Positions 17,838 through 31,100 of a DNA stretch of 57,783 bases are shown here, piece after piece (the stretch's first letter is position 1; every line of letters begins with the position of its first letter). Source of the DNA: a virus (taxonomy: Duplodnaviria > Caudoviricetes); the IMG/VR virus record IMGVR_UViG_3300043427_004567, positions 1 to 57,783 of that record; one strand, written 5' to 3'. Under the pieces are notes generated by a model that saw nothing but the letters and a program-made list of their open reading frames with translations, ran no database searches and was not told the origin of the DNA. Position numbers and translations under genes: made by a program.

Positions 17838-18797
17838 TTAAAGAATCACAGGAACCATTATATTTATATAAACTGAATCAGAATCACGAACGAGTCCTAC
17901 TTGTTGTGTAATTCCAACTGGTGGAGGCGTCAAAGTTAATTGTCCAGAAGGACCACAAAATAAAGGTTTTCCGATTGCGTTAGCCGGCCAAGACCAAAAT
18001 TCATTTTTTAAGCTACCATTTGTAATTACTAAACCAACTTCACTTTCATACAAGTCCTCAATAATAATTCCGCCAACTTCTCTATTAACGTTGAGGTGTG
18101 ACGCTAAGGAAATCTTATCCGGGGCAGTAAATGAAATCAATGAATATCGCGGCATATTTTCAGTTGCCATCGCATATATTAAGACTGAATCAAATTTAAC
18201 ATTAGTAGAGGACCCCCTACCAACAATCAATTCGCTTTCAGTTGTGACAAAGGTACCATCTGCCTGACGTAACGGCTTATTGTTATTGCCAAAAATTATA
18301 TGACCTGCTGTGCAGGGAGTATTATCAAGACCAACTTGAGAACCCAGTGTGTAGTGAACTAAAATCGCACTCGAGTTATATTGAACTGCAAAAGCGCGCA
18401 ATTTCATTAACCACTTTGCGCCGTTCCAAACTTTCATAACCCGGTCTGTTAAGTCAAACCAGTGCTGGTCAACTGCTGGGCTCAACGGTGGTTCTGCGCC
18501 ATGCAGCGGAGGCAATATTGTAAATCCACGCGTTAGAGCACCAGTTGCCCAGTCAATGTCCCAATAAAGCCACTGTGTTTGACCAGTTGCAACAAGCGGA
18601 CCCCAAGCCTTCGTTAATGATTTTGATTCTTCTACCAAATAATTTGCGTTGCCATGGGCAATTGTGAAGATAGTTGGATCTGGAGAAACATTCAGATCAA
18701 TATAATCTCCAGCTACTGAGGTCTTTTGTAAGAACGTTGGCGTTGACGAGATGTCTGTTTGACGTCTAACTAAACCTTGTCTAAAATTAAGTTGCAT
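17838..18797 (-). CDS. Virion structural protein
   Basis: 319 aa; PLSPAVDQHWFDLTDRVMKVWNGAKW fibre motif; C-terminal GKPLFCGPSGQLTLTPP domain. Confidence 0.75.
   Translation of the reverse strand: MQLNFRQGLVRRQTDISSTPTFLQKTSVAGDYIDLNVSPDPTIFTIAHGNANYLVEESKSLTKAWGPLVATGQTQWLYWDIDWATGALTRGFTILPPLHGAEPPLSPAVDQHWFDLTDRVMKVWNGAKWLMKLRAFAVQYNSSAILVHYTLGSQVGLDNTPCTAGHIIFGNNNKPLRQADGTFVTTESELIVGRGSSTNVKFDSVLIYAMATENMPRYSLISFTAPDKISLASHLNVNREVGGIIIEDLYESEVGLVITNGSLKNEFWSWPANAIGKPLFCGPSGQLTLTPPPVGITQQVGLVRDSDSVYINIMVPVIL
17861..17868 (-). promoter_or_regulatory. Possible late promoter TATAAATA inside the 3' end of the upstream gene
   Basis: Exact motif about 115 nt upstream of the start at 17747. Confidence 0.5.
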
Positions 18798-18818
18798 TTA
18801 TCAAATTCCTAAACAAGA

Positions 18819-19379
18819 TTAACTTACGCTAATTGTCAACGTGTACGTAATAACTAAAGTTCTATTTGCTGTTTTTTCAATCGGAGAAAAGATCAAATGC
18901 GAAAGCAATAAATTGTCTTGTGTCATAAGTCCAAGCTCGTCAAAAACAAATTGGTCGTTAATATTGTCTGAACCATCGCCAGAATCTGAAGGATCTTGAC
19001 CAACTGGTTCATTTGAACTTAAAAGAACGACTGTAGTTACTTTTGAGATAATAGAAGGCAGTGGATTAGACGTGGCAACTGCAGAGTTATCAGTTGCAGA
19101 TAATAATTCAGAATACGTTTGATTATAGATTGTATTATCAGTTGGCGCAGTTCTAGTTGCTAAGTAAATGATATCCCCACCGGAAGTTATTGTTGTTCCG
19201 CCATTTCCAAGAACTAACTTATATACACTAGCGTTACTAGCACCAGCTAGTCCTCTAGCAATTGCGATGCCCATATTTCTTGGGTGAATTGCATTATTCT
19301 TGTCAAGAATAACCTCACCAGAATTTTTATCTACAATTCTAACATGGCCAACTACTTTAGATTTAAAATCATCTAACAT
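18819..19379 (-). CDS. Baseplate/tail structural protein
   Basis: 186 aa; GHVRIVD...NAIH and FVFDELGL...HLIFSPIEKTANR...YTL; GGAG SD; has its own late promoter. Confidence 0.75.
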   Translation of the reverse strand: MLDDFKSKVVGHVRIVDKNSGEVILDKNNAIHPRNMGIAIARGLAGASNASVYKLVLGNGGTTITSGGDIIYLATRTAPTDNTIYNQTYSELLSATDNSAVATSNPLPSIISKVTTVVLLSSNEPVGQDPSDSGDGSDNINDQFVFDELGLMTQDNLLLSHLIFSPIEKTANRTLVITYTLTISVS

Positions 19380-19407
19380 GTATTTCTCCAGAGATTCATT
19401 TTACAGA

Positions 19408-19415
19408 TATTTATA
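19408..19415 (-). promoter_or_regulatory. Late promoter TATAAATA
   Basis: Exact motif about 30 nt upstream of the start at 19379. Confidence 0.75.
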
Positions 19416-19443
19416 GTTTTTATCAGAATCCAAAAATGTGCAA

Positions 19444-22128
19444 TTACACGACAAGCACCAAAATGCACTCTGAAATCAAGTCAGGAAAATTCGCGGTAAA
19501 TGATTTCCAAATCGATGAACTAAATTTATTTGAGATATCTAATTCATGCGGCGCGTCATCAGAAAAATTGCGTAGCAAGTAAAGTTTTGGTTTAGTAGTC
19601 AAATCTGCGCCGTAATAACTTATATTTGCCTTGCTTAATAAAACATTATTAAGACCTATCATGCTAGGATTAATAACTGCGTAACAACCAGTTTTATTTC
19701 TAAAAAACATATTTCTTGCCAATTCATCCTCTGCAACATCACCAATCATAAAACATGGCGGCAACGTGATTATAGTTTCGCCAAGAATATTTAAGGCTGG
19801 ATCAAATGGTGTTGAATCAAAAAGACTAGAGTCAAACCCAGTTGTAACATAGTTCAAGTCATACATCACACCAGCTTCGCCTATTTGGGCAGTGCTAATG
19901 TCAGTCGAGGTGTCTAAGGGCAAATCTGGATCTGGTAAAAGAATTTCTAGGTGGCGATCATATCCGGAAATCGCCAAGGAGCGGTCAGTGTAAATTCTTT
20001 TGCCTATTACATCAGTATTTCCGAATGCGTCTGTGAGTGGTCTGTTAAGAACAACAGCGGTGTTAGTGCCGTTGAAAACAACATTTGTTACACCGTAAAG
20101 ACCAGACCTTGGAATATCAGAGATAATTACCACGGAGTTTGTTAATGACGAAAACGCGACTGTTTGATCTCCTGAAACTAGAACTGCGTGGGCCGGAGAG
20201 TAAGTAGAAGTTGTAATCCCTATAATCTCAAAGCCGTCATTTTGCAAAACGTCTGGTGGGTAGATTATTGAAAATGGTGGCGTTTGATCATCATAGCCTA
20301 AAGAATCATAACCTAAATTTCGGGTGGCAAGCAGTAAATCCTCAAATGATAATCTATTCGCCTTCGGGAAATCTAATCTAAATATCAGCTGATCAACAAT
20401 CTTTACTGCGAGACGATCAACATAATTGCCTTGCTGTTCAAATTCCATCGTGAATGGTTTATTGAGCGGCAAAAATGTGTTGACGAAGTTATTTGTTAAG
20501 GAGAGCACACTACTCGCGAGAGTTAATGTGCCTACAGTGTTTTGTCCATCTATTGGATTTAATAATTTTATTGTTGTTTGTGTTTCTTCCCCTGGCGCCT
20601 TTGCGCTCTCAAACATTATCGGAACAACTGAAGACGCAGTGAAAGTAGTTGCAGTTGAAGGAAGAGCAGTTTTGAAATACAGCTTGTCATTCAAATATTG
20701 TTTAATGACAACTTCAGAAGACGTTGAATGCAAAACCGATGAAATTCCCGAAACGACGACAACAGATGCTGTATTACTCGTTATTTGATATTGTGCTTCA
20801 CCAAAAATAAAAACATTTTGTCCAAAACGATGTTTAAATTCCCATTTTGACGAAACTGAGAATCTAATTTCATCTCCACGACTTGGACTACCAGTAACCA
20901 TAAAATTAACATGTGCGTCATCATATGCTTGACCAATAATGGCGCCAGGCAGGTGACCACGAACTGAGCTGTAAACGTCACATGTTGTGGAATCTATTGC
21001 GCGAATAATAAAATTTTCGTCTTCAGCATAAAATTTTGGTGGAGACAAAAATGTAAGGTCAAAGGCGCCAACGGAAAATATTGTGCCAGTCTGGCCGTTG
21101 GACCCAATATACATTGGCTCGGGAATTGTAAATGAAATCGGAGTTGTTGGTTCGTACGTGGTGTCATATGGAATTCCAACTGCAGCTGGAGTCAACATGC
21201 CAGCTTCTGAACCATAAACTAAGTAGTTTGGCTGAATGCCTAAAACCGAAAATGAAAAAACATCTCCAGGTGAAAATGCATATTTAGTAGTCGGAATTGT
21301 GAATTTAAATCCGTCATCATATAATTGTCCAACAACTGCGTTACTTTGAGTTCCAGACATGGAACCAACAACTGAGAAGGTAGTCGTTGAAATTGCAGTT
21401 ATGGTCCAAGTTTGGGTGGTTGCGCCAACTAGACTATAAGGATCAACGTTTATAATTGGCTGATAATCAATTGAAGTGGCAGTACTTTCACCAAGTCCAA
21501 CTCCGTTGAACAAAATTTTGTTTGTTACAATTGGGTCTATTTTTATTAATGACCAGGTCTGACTGGTGGCAGTTGGCGAAATTTCAATGGTGCGGGGGTC
21601 TGACAATTTCCAATCTTGCTCAGGTGACAAAGTTTCGCGCCACTGTGGATTACCGCTATTTGAATCCACGTCGAGTGAAATTACACCCAAGCTTCTGAAC
21701 GCTGAGAAGCCTAATTGACACAATTTCTGATTAACACTTACGGATAATATGCCATCGCTGTTTGGTGCTAAGTACGAGCTATGGCTAGCCGACAATCCAA
21801 CGATATCAGACGCAGAATAATCAGTTGCGCTCGTGACAGTGTAAACTCTGGTGCCAACGCCGTATTCAGCGCGACCACGTGATAATTGCGCAGTTAATGA
21901 ATATATTGTCTTGGCTGTACCGTTGCCAAAAATATTTTGAGAATAAACACTGTTAAGTCTAATTGCGCTTCTGAAGATATCTTCAGTTATCTTAACGCTC
22001 ATCGAGTCAGAAAAATATATATTTTCCTGTATCTCAGTTAATTTGCTGTGATACGGCTTAACGTCATTAACAAATTCGTTTAATGATGAGATGTATTTTA
22101 TATTTTTTGTAATATTTCCAGACGCCAT
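19444..22128 (-). CDS. Baseplate-associated structural protein (894 aa)
   Basis: N-terminal LNEFVNDVKPYHSKL; repeated TAISTTTFSVVGS...GD.F.F module also found in the 3006-aa protein; C-terminal GYD/FD acidic-aromatic repeats. Confidence 0.75.
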   Translation of the reverse strand: MASGNITKNIKYISSLNEFVNDVKPYHSKLTEIQENIYFSDSMSVKITEDIFRSAIRLNSVYSQNIFGNGTAKTIYSLTAQLSRGRAEYGVGTRVYTVTSATDYSASDIVGLSASHSSYLAPNSDGILSVSVNQKLCQLGFSAFRSLGVISLDVDSNSGNPQWRETLSPEQDWKLSDPRTIEISPTATSQTWSLIKIDPIVTNKILFNGVGLGESTATSIDYQPIINVDPYSLVGATTQTWTITAISTTTFSVVGSMSGTQSNAVVGQLYDDGFKFTIPTTKYAFSPGDVFSFSVLGIQPNYLVYGSEAGMLTPAAVGIPYDTTYEPTTPISFTIPEPMYIGSNGQTGTIFSVGAFDLTFLSPPKFYAEDENFIIRAIDSTTCDVYSSVRGHLPGAIIGQAYDDAHVNFMVTGSPSRGDEIRFSVSSKWEFKHRFGQNVFIFGEAQYQITSNTASVVVVSGISSVLHSTSSEVVIKQYLNDKLYFKTALPSTATTFTASSVVPIMFESAKAPGEETQTTIKLLNPIDGQNTVGTLTLASSVLSLTNNFVNTFLPLNKPFTMEFEQQGNYVDRLAVKIVDQLIFRLDFPKANRLSFEDLLLATRNLGYDSLGYDDQTPPFSIIYPPDVLQNDGFEIIGITTSTYSPAHAVLVSGDQTVAFSSLTNSVVIISDIPRSGLYGVTNVVFNGTNTAVVLNRPLTDAFGNTDVIGKRIYTDRSLAISGYDRHLEILLPDPDLPLDTSTDISTAQIGEAGVMYDLNYVTTGFDSSLFDSTPFDPALNILGETIITLPPCFMIGDVAEDELARNMFFRNKTGCYAVINPSMIGLNNVLLSKANISYYGADLTTKPKLYLLRNFSDDAPHELDISNKFSSSIWKSFTANFPDLISECILVLVV

Positions 22129-22132
22129 ATAC

Positions 22133-25100
22133 TTAGCCTTGAGTGAACGGTGTAATTTGTCTTACTGCGTAAATCATAATTCTTGATGTTTTGAAAATAT
22201 CAGCTAACTCAAAATTATTAACTAGCGCCTCATTTAATGCCGCAAAAAAGATTTCATTAACTTGTCTTGGCGAACCCATCTCCCAAATTTTTGACATCGT
22301 GTCTTGCGTAGATTCAGCAGTTGCAAACCAAGAATTATAATCTTCAAAATCAATAATACCATTTAGAGTATCTGGCAATTTACTGCCATCAGCTGCTGTT
22401 ATAGTTAACTGTGTATTTAATATTGTGTACGTTATTACGTCAATCAATAAATTACGCGGTGCGAGGGTTTGTCCTTCTTTAAGCCCAAAGCGAGTAGAAG
22501 TTCCATGGCGCGCGTCGTATTGTTTTCTCTTGTCACTTGGAATTGGATTTCCAGCAAAATCCTCAGCTGCCAAAGAATGTGTTAATTTTAGCCATAAATC
22601 TTCTGGAATTCTTAAAGGATGTGATTTACGCAATAGGATCCACTCAGAGTGAGTATTTTTCAATTGCAATTGATTCGGGTCATCACGCAGTGTGAAATTC
22701 TTGGTGAATCTAAGTTTGTACATATTATTTTGAGTAACAATACTATTTAGACCGTAAACTGTAAAAGCTTGATAGCGAGCCGGTAAAATGCTGTTTGTTA
22801 AACCCAAATATGCTGGAGACTGGAATGACTGGAAAGTTGCATACAGACTTGGCCCAAATCTTAATTTATTTTTAAGTTGTTGGACAGAAGTTTTTTTGCC
22901 AGTACCCGCCGTGTTTTTGTTTTTAACCCAAAAATAGTATTTAGAAATATTTAAATTGCCCCCAGAATCCCGTGCTTGAACTGAGACATATCTATAATCG
23001 CGTTTATATTGCGTTTGCACAGTAACATCATCTTGTGCTTCAGGATCAAATGCCAATTCTGCCGCGGTTGGCGAATAAGCTCGCTGAATAATCACGATCT
23101 CGTCGCCAATTGCAGTTGAAGGCAACTCAACTGTGTTCTCATTAATTGTAAAGTTTTTTCCAGAAATCAACGCGCCGTTTCGATAAATTGAAACACGTTT
23201 TGGTTCTAGCGTAAAATCAATTTGCGAACTAACAAAAGACGTACCAGTAGAGTATTGTTTGACAATTGTTTTATCTAATAACTGCCATGCTCCCCAAGTT
23301 GAAGTGTATTTCTCAACTGCAGTTAAATCTTTTAACATTAATTTATTATTAGTATAATCCTGTATTAAACTAACTCTATCACCAGTTATTGGTGTAATTT
23401 GTTGGTAGTCGCCGTAATATGGCACCCAACTGTTATTGGGTGATAGTAAATCAGAATCAAGTTGCGCTTGAGTTGGAACAGTCCAGGCTTTCCAACCGTA
23501 TTCAATCATGTCATCATCATTACTTAGATGATTGTCAGGAATTGTAAGTTCAACAGTTGCCGAGATTGTTTCTCGCACAAAGATGTCATGAGTCAATTGC
23601 GCCAACGTGTTAAGAATTGTCGCGGCTGAGATTACTGACGTTAAACTATCAACAGCCGTGGTCAATTCTAATTTTATCCCAAGTGTTGAAAAATCATATG
23701 CTGCAACATAACCGGCTGGCTGTTGAATGTCAGTAATTGTTATAGTTTGACTTTCTCCTATATACGCAGCAGTAGCAGTAAGTTGATCCGCGCCAGTTGC
23801 TGTTAAAATAATTGGACCAATAAATGATATTATTGGGTTAATGCTTGATTTAGTGATTAAAATATTTGCCTCAAAAGTTGAGGTGTTAGAAATAATTCTG
23901 GCGTCAGTAAATCTATTCCAACTTGGGCCATAACTTTCTGAAGAGCCTATTATAGTGCCAAGACTTGTGCCTAACATAACTTCACCGACTGGTTTTTCTT
24001 TAACTTCGTGAGCTACATTTTCATATAACTTAGTCCAAGCTGATAATTTCATTCCAGGCGTAATGTCATAATCTGAAAAACGCCCGGTTGCTAAAATTAT
24101 GTTTGACGGTCCTATCTCTGTTGATTGGAAATAAATGTCAGAACTAAAAGATGACGAAACAAATGGGTAAGAAGCTGGTACCTGGTTATACGACCAAGCA
24201 ATCGGCCTGCCGTACCATGTGCGATTCCGGAAATATGTTTCCGGGCGCGCGGCTTGGCCAGAAGCGCGAATTGCAGGATCTATTTCAGTGTTGCCTTCTT
24301 CTTTTAATGAAAGTGCGTCATATTCATTTGGTGGCACTGTGCTCTCAACCCACTCATAAACATCTACAGTTGACCAAGCAGCAGGCGCACCCCAACGTGC
24401 CAATCTTTCTTCTGTCGATGGAAAAATCAATTCATCATCATATGGCATATATGCCAAATTAGACGTGTCCCACCAAATTTTTCCGACTTGCGCAGGACCC
24501 CAAGATTTTAATGGGCTTAGATTTAAATTTCCCAACTCCAACGTTGAATATGTGTAGCGGGCTGGGTCGAAGGAGTCAGTGAAATCAATTTCAGCTAAAG
24601 CTGTTGGTTCATGAATGCCTGCTGCTGGGTTCCAAATTGGCACGTCGTCAACTAAAACTTTTGCTTGATAATTGAAAAGTTTCATTGGGTTAAATTTGGG
24701 GCTTGAATTAATAAAGCCAAAGAGAGATACCGCCGATGACGTAGTTATTGGTGCCAATAGCTTGACGCTTGAACCAGACAATTTACTAACTTCAATTGAA
24801 AAATTAAATTTGTCACCCGCGGAAAATTCAGTTAAACCAGAACCAATTTTAAATGTTAAACCTGCAACATTAACGGTTTGATTAATAGTAATGCTTGAAC
24901 CAACTAAACTGCCGTTAACTGAAACTGTGAATTCAGTTGCTGAAGTTGCCAAGAATTCCCAGTCTTCTACTGAATTTATCGTTTTGAGCTTAATCGGTTC
25001 AACAATTAAAGATCCAGAACTCGTGTTAGCCAGCGTTTGAGTAATATTTGGTAGTATAAAAAGTTGTGGAGTTTTAAGATTGACTGGAATAATTTGATCA

Positions 25101-28100
25101 ACAGCTCCAGTTATCTGAATTGAATTTGTTTTTTCAGCAACAAAATATTGTGTTTGTCCTAGGTCGTCTAGTGAAAACCAACGATCTTCGTCTAATGGCT
25201 CTAAGAGGGTGAATGACGGTTCTGAAGTAGTTATTGCAGCGGTGATACTCGCGTCTTCACTTTCAAAAACAAATCTAGAATGTTGAAACTCAGCATCGCT
25301 TGGTTGAATTTTCATCTCTGGGAAATTTTTTGTTCTTGAATCGCCATACTCTGCGATCTTGTACGCCCAGAATTCATCTAAATCAAATTCTTTAAACTTT
25401 GATGAGTTGAAAAAGGCAGAAATTGCATTATTTGTGCCTTTTTCTTGAATTAAGCCGCGCCAAAAATTAAATTGTGATCGGTCAGATGTGTTAAGATTTT
25501 TAAAATAATCTTTTTTAGAATATCCAAGAAGCGCAAGAGCATGAGGCGAAGTTAGATTATCATCTGAAATTAAATTTGCGTCATAGTGTGATTTAAATCC
25601 AGCAACATGACTTTCAAGATTTTTAATCAGTTTATTGCCACTCAAAATGTAACCACCAAAAGATGGCCTGAGGGACAGATTAGTCTGTTTTTCACCGTTA
25701 AAATAAATTCTTGAGATCTGTGAACCTAAGTACGAATCATAAATCAATTCGCCGTTCGCATAATTTTCAAAAACTATAACATGTTCATATTCTTCTATTA
25801 ATCCATGCACAGAAAATAGAGGAACGGTTGATGAAATAGAAGTAAGTCGATCTTTTCTGATAATTGTCAAGTCGTCGGTTGAAATAATACTATTTTCCAA
25901 ATCATATGCTGCAGGAATTGCATTTATATCTATAAATGCTTTTGAGTCAAAGGACGAAACAAGACCATTTGGGGTTTCAATCCATATTTTTTCAACAAAC
26001 GGGTTGAGAATGCTAGCCTGGCCAACTTCGATTCCTGACCACACGTCGGAAATAAATTTTTCTATTTCTAGCTGCCAACTAATTGCTCGACCAGTAATTT
26101 CGTCTATTGACGGTTTGTCTTGCTTATTAAAGCGCCAACCTTGAGCTTCAAGGTACAGTGTGTATCCGATTAAGAAGTTAATTACGTTCTGAACTCCAGT
26201 GATAGCAAATGGAACAGGTCTAGTTATTAAGCCAGTTGGATTAGACGGTGTTGACAGAATGTTTACGTAGGATCTCCACTCATTATCAGTTTTTTCTTTG
26301 TTTAGAGCAAAAAATGTTACGTATTCTGCGCTTGTGTCTAAATCATAATACGTTATTTCAGGTCTGCGAGTATTATATGTCTCAATCCTAAATTGCCAAT
26401 CTTCGCCAGCACCAGCAGGAATTATTGCGCCAGCAGTATTATATTTTCGCTGGCCGGTAGTTGTTAATTCTATTCTAAGCGCTTCAGCCCAAATACTTTT
26501 AACAAGCGGGTTGATCTTAATTACTGCCTCTGCTGCGGTGCCATATAATTCATTTAGATTTGTAGAAACATTTAAATTATCAGTGCGCAAGAAACCATTT
26601 GCACGGTGCGCAAGTTTTGTTGACCAACCGCGATAAGCCTTAGCATTAAAAGTTGTATAAATGTCAATTGAATTATAACGTAGCAAATTAGTATAATACT
26701 GATTTAACCCTGCAAATTTTTCAACTGAAGCAGGAATAAATTGAACTGTTTTATTTGAACCATCTACAGTGATAATCAGTTGATCGCCTAAACTAAAACC
26801 TCGACCTTGATCAGAAATTTTTAGGTCAATAATTGACAAAAGTGAAGGCACTCCAATTAACGCGCCAGAGTACAGCGTGTTGGCAAACAAATTGCCAATT
26901 TTTATATCATTAACTGTTAATTGTAAGCAAGCGCCAGGCGCAACTGTTGGAAAAGAAGTTAATCCACTCAGCTGTGTTGTAACTTGTAATTTTATAGTTG
27001 ATGGTGAAGTTGAATTAAAAGTTCCAACTACTAATTTTGAAACGTCTCTGTTAATCGCGGCCGGTTTTTCGCCGTGATACAAAAATTTATTTGCGGCAGG
27101 ACGTGTACCGGTAGATCTTATTAATTCAATATCTGTTAAGTCATTATTAAGGTGCTGAGTGCAAAAACCCCAACAACGGTTAAGATAAACAATAGGCTCA
27201 ACTTTGAAACCTGCGCGGTTAAAACCGTATGCGTACTCGACAGATTTACGCCAAACAAGTTCAGCAGGTCCATTATCACCAAAAATATATCCTGTGTTTT
27301 TATCAGCTGGTTCAACATTTGTTATTGCAAATGAAGAAGCAAAAGAACCCGGCGCAACATATGGTGGCAACAATTCATCAGTTCGTGGGTTTACGCTAAG
27401 CGCTTGACTTAATCCTGGGCCAGGCGGCAAAATACTGGCGATCCAATTCCACATCTCAGACGACCACAGACGGCTTTGAACAAATGTTGCAGCGTCAGTG
27501 CCAACTGTGCCAGTTGTTGTTAGCACCCAAACGGTGTTTAAAAATTCATATCCTTCAGAAATAGCAAGGCCCGCACCAGTTGACATAGTTGACATTCCGA
27601 GCATATCTGTAGCTCTTATCCAAATGCCGTTACTGCCGCTACCCAGAAAGCTAACTGTGTAAAGACCATTTTCCTCTTGAAGAGTTTGTCCAATAACTAG
27701 AACACGATCGCCTGCAGCTAAACTTACACCATCTACTGTATTTGGTGCAGCGTTAAGATTAAGATTAGTAACTTGAACAACTTTTGCAGGAGCTAGTTCG
27801 CTTGTTGGAGAAATGCCAGTGTAAAAATCATCGCCTGTGCCCATACCGGAATCCCAAGCAACTGGTTTTGTTTCAAAACCAACAATCTTCCATGGTTCAA
27901 GATTTGGACGACATGTTGGCAGAGAAAAGCCAATTGACCCGACTGGTACTGGTGATAAAGACAGACCGTCAAAATGTTCTTTTAATAAATCGTGCCATCT
28001 GGCGATTCCAACAGTTGTTCCGGTTGTCAAAGATAATGTTATAGACGTTGCCGTCACTGCGCTTTTTGCAAGTTGTTTATAATTCCATGTGAAAGCGTCA

Positions 28101-31100
28101 GTTGAGTCATAATCTGTACCAGCCGGATCATATTCATACTTCGCAGCAAAACGCGCAAATTCCAATTCAAGATTTTTTTGATATGTTTGACTCGTCGAAA
28201 TTGTATTATTAGGCGGCCAGACTTGTTGAGTGTTAGCAGGAACATTTTCGTATAGTTTAGTTTCAACCGCGAAAACTAGACTGTTCACCGCAGCGGTTAA
28301 ATCAACTTGCTGCCAGGCAGCTGTTAATACTTCTGGCTGCCAATTTGAACCGTCCCATCGCTTAAGAGTTTGTGTTTCTGAGCTGTACCAAAGATCATTT
28401 ACAAAGGCAATTGCTGGTGAAGTAGTATCGCTTGCTACGCCAAAAATGTATAAATCGCCTGTTGAGCTGTCAAACCATAGTTGATTTTTATACAACAGCG
28501 GGTCAGCGTCTGAAGTTCTTGTTGGAGCTGTTGGACGTGAAATACCCGCCACCAGTTGATTATTCCAACGACTAACTTGTGCGCGGGATAACACGCGATT
28601 TACTTCTACATCTATGTTAATCACTGGAGTAGCATGTCCATCGTGATGTTTCAGAACTACAATTCCTAATTCTGAATCAAATACGTACTTAGGTTCAACC
28701 GCAGGAGCTAATCCAAGATAGGGTAAAGTTGCTGGCCAATTTTTTATCGCAGAAGTTGAATCATAAAAAACTTGAGAAAGATCTGTTCTATCTTTGATAG
28801 AATCTTCATACGCTTTTAATAATTTCTGCGTAGTTAGATCAGTTGGATCTAACAGCGAGATATCAGTTGATGCTGGAGTTGGGTTTCCCTGTTCTGTTAT
28901 AAATTTAAGAATATCTTGATCGAAAAAAGATGTTACGCTGTTTAGCGCTTGTTGGTAAGAAGATTCAGCAAAATCTAAAATTGACAGCGGGCTTAGGTCT
29001 CTTTGCATAAGCATTGAAATGAAAAGACCATAACTATTTGAGAAATCTTTAATCACGCCGCCTAGGCCATAATTCTTACTGATATTTCTCCAATTATTAA
29101 ATCCAGTTGGCGAGCCAGAAAAATCATGTTGAGAAGAAATAATATTTCTAAAGTGAAAAACTAATTCTTGAACACCAATTTCACGTCTGTTCTCATGAAG
29201 AAGATTTGCTCTTATTGCCTTTGGAGTTGCCCAGGCGCCATCTACAGAATTTGGATCACCAAAGTAAGGTACAACACTACCAGTTGAATCTAACTCTACG
29301 TATTTTGGCACTTCAACATTAGTTAGTATAAAACTTATCGTGTCACCTGGTAAAAATGGGATACTGCCAGGCGCAACTGTCATACCAAAAGCCGGTTCTG
29401 AATATGGCACGCCAACTATTAAATTTGGCAAACTGCCGTCTTCGCTACCAACTACTGAGAATGTTGAAGAAGTTAAAGCAGTTAAAATAAATTTCTGCGA
29501 GTTAGTTAATTCGCCTGGCGTTAGATCGGCAATTGTTGCATCACTGTCAGATGTTATAATTGGTGTTGAAACAGTTGCACTGGTTGGGCCTGGTTGCCAA
29601 ATGCTCTTTAACTGATTTGATGCTGACGAAATTTTATAAAAAAGTTGTGCACCGTCTGAAGTTAAAAGACCTTGTGAAAAAATTAGATTTGAATTTTCAT
29701 CTCGAGCAGGTCTCTTGTTTAGAAGTTCATCATAATCGGCCTGTTGATTTTCAGCGTAATAGAAAATTGGACTAATTATATTTGTAAATTCACCGTTTAG
29801 ATCGTAAAGATTGAACAATGGATTTTGATTTATCTTAGTTTTTTGTTGAATGGAATTGAATGATTGTGAACCATAAGGTTGTGGGATTCCATCTAGTGAA
29901 TCACTTGAAAGTTCAATACCATATTGGAATTCTACAATCGGCCGTCTCGCAAATTGTACCTTGCTAAGATCTAAGTTGGGTACTGAGCCAAGATCGTCTG
30001 TGTGTACCCAATAATTATGTTGAGACCAATCATTTAATTTGGATACAGTTGAATCAGCAGAAAATGTTAAGGCTGCTAAACTTTGCGGAGTTTCAGGAGT
30101 TGAAAAGGCTGTTTGCGCATTGACTGTCCCAGTTAAAACATATACATAAGCGCCTGAAATCAAATCAGCATCAGAATTAAAGTCAAGTGCTCTAGTAAAT
30201 GCGCCATTTTGAACAACATAGATACCATTCCCAACTCCGCCTAGTTGATTTTTAACTAGAATACGCTGATTAATCTTTAGAGTAATCCCATCAATTGTTT
30301 GAAATGGTGCTAATCCCTTAATGCCAGTTATAGTTCCATTGCCTACGCCGGTGGAGGCAGCGGTGTATGAATTAACTATTTGTGTAATCGTTATGGTGAA
30401 GACATCGCCTGAGACGAATGGAGTAGTGCCTTCAGAAATTAAGAATGAAATCACACCAGAAGCAACAAATGGCGTTCCAACTATTGCAGTGCCAATCACT
30501 GTTCCAGTTACTGAGCTTGAAACGTCAAATGTTGTTGGTGAAGTTGCAGTTATAGTAAATGTTTCATTCACGGGGCGGCCAGAACCAGTTAAAACTATTG
30601 GCGCCGTAGTTGCAATATCTACCGAGAGTTTTGTTCTATCATTATTTTCTGGTTTAGAAATAGTTACGTATTCTGGAATATTGCTTGTATTCCAAGTCAT
30701 CTCTGGATGATTAATACCATCTGCAATCCAGTAGTAATTTGTGTAATTGCAAAACTTATCTAAATCAATTGGTGGTGCAAAATTTAGTGTTTGAGATTTC
30801 CCCCATTCTTTCAATTTTGAAATATCTATTCCTAAGCTCGTGGCTCGGTTTAAGATATCTTGAAATGTAAAAATGTGACGGTCAGGCCCAACTGAAAAAG
30901 ATATGCTTGGTGTTAAAGTATTAACAGTGCGTTCAACAGTTGATTGATTTATTAAAGGTCTGGCTTCCTCAGAAGGAGATATTTTGTTTCCCACATAGCC
31001 GTAAAATGGCAAACTTTCTTGTTTAGTGAAAAACCTGTTGAATAAATTTTCAAACAACGAGGTGTTAAGATCGTTGCGAAGATAAACAGGTAAAAGTGCT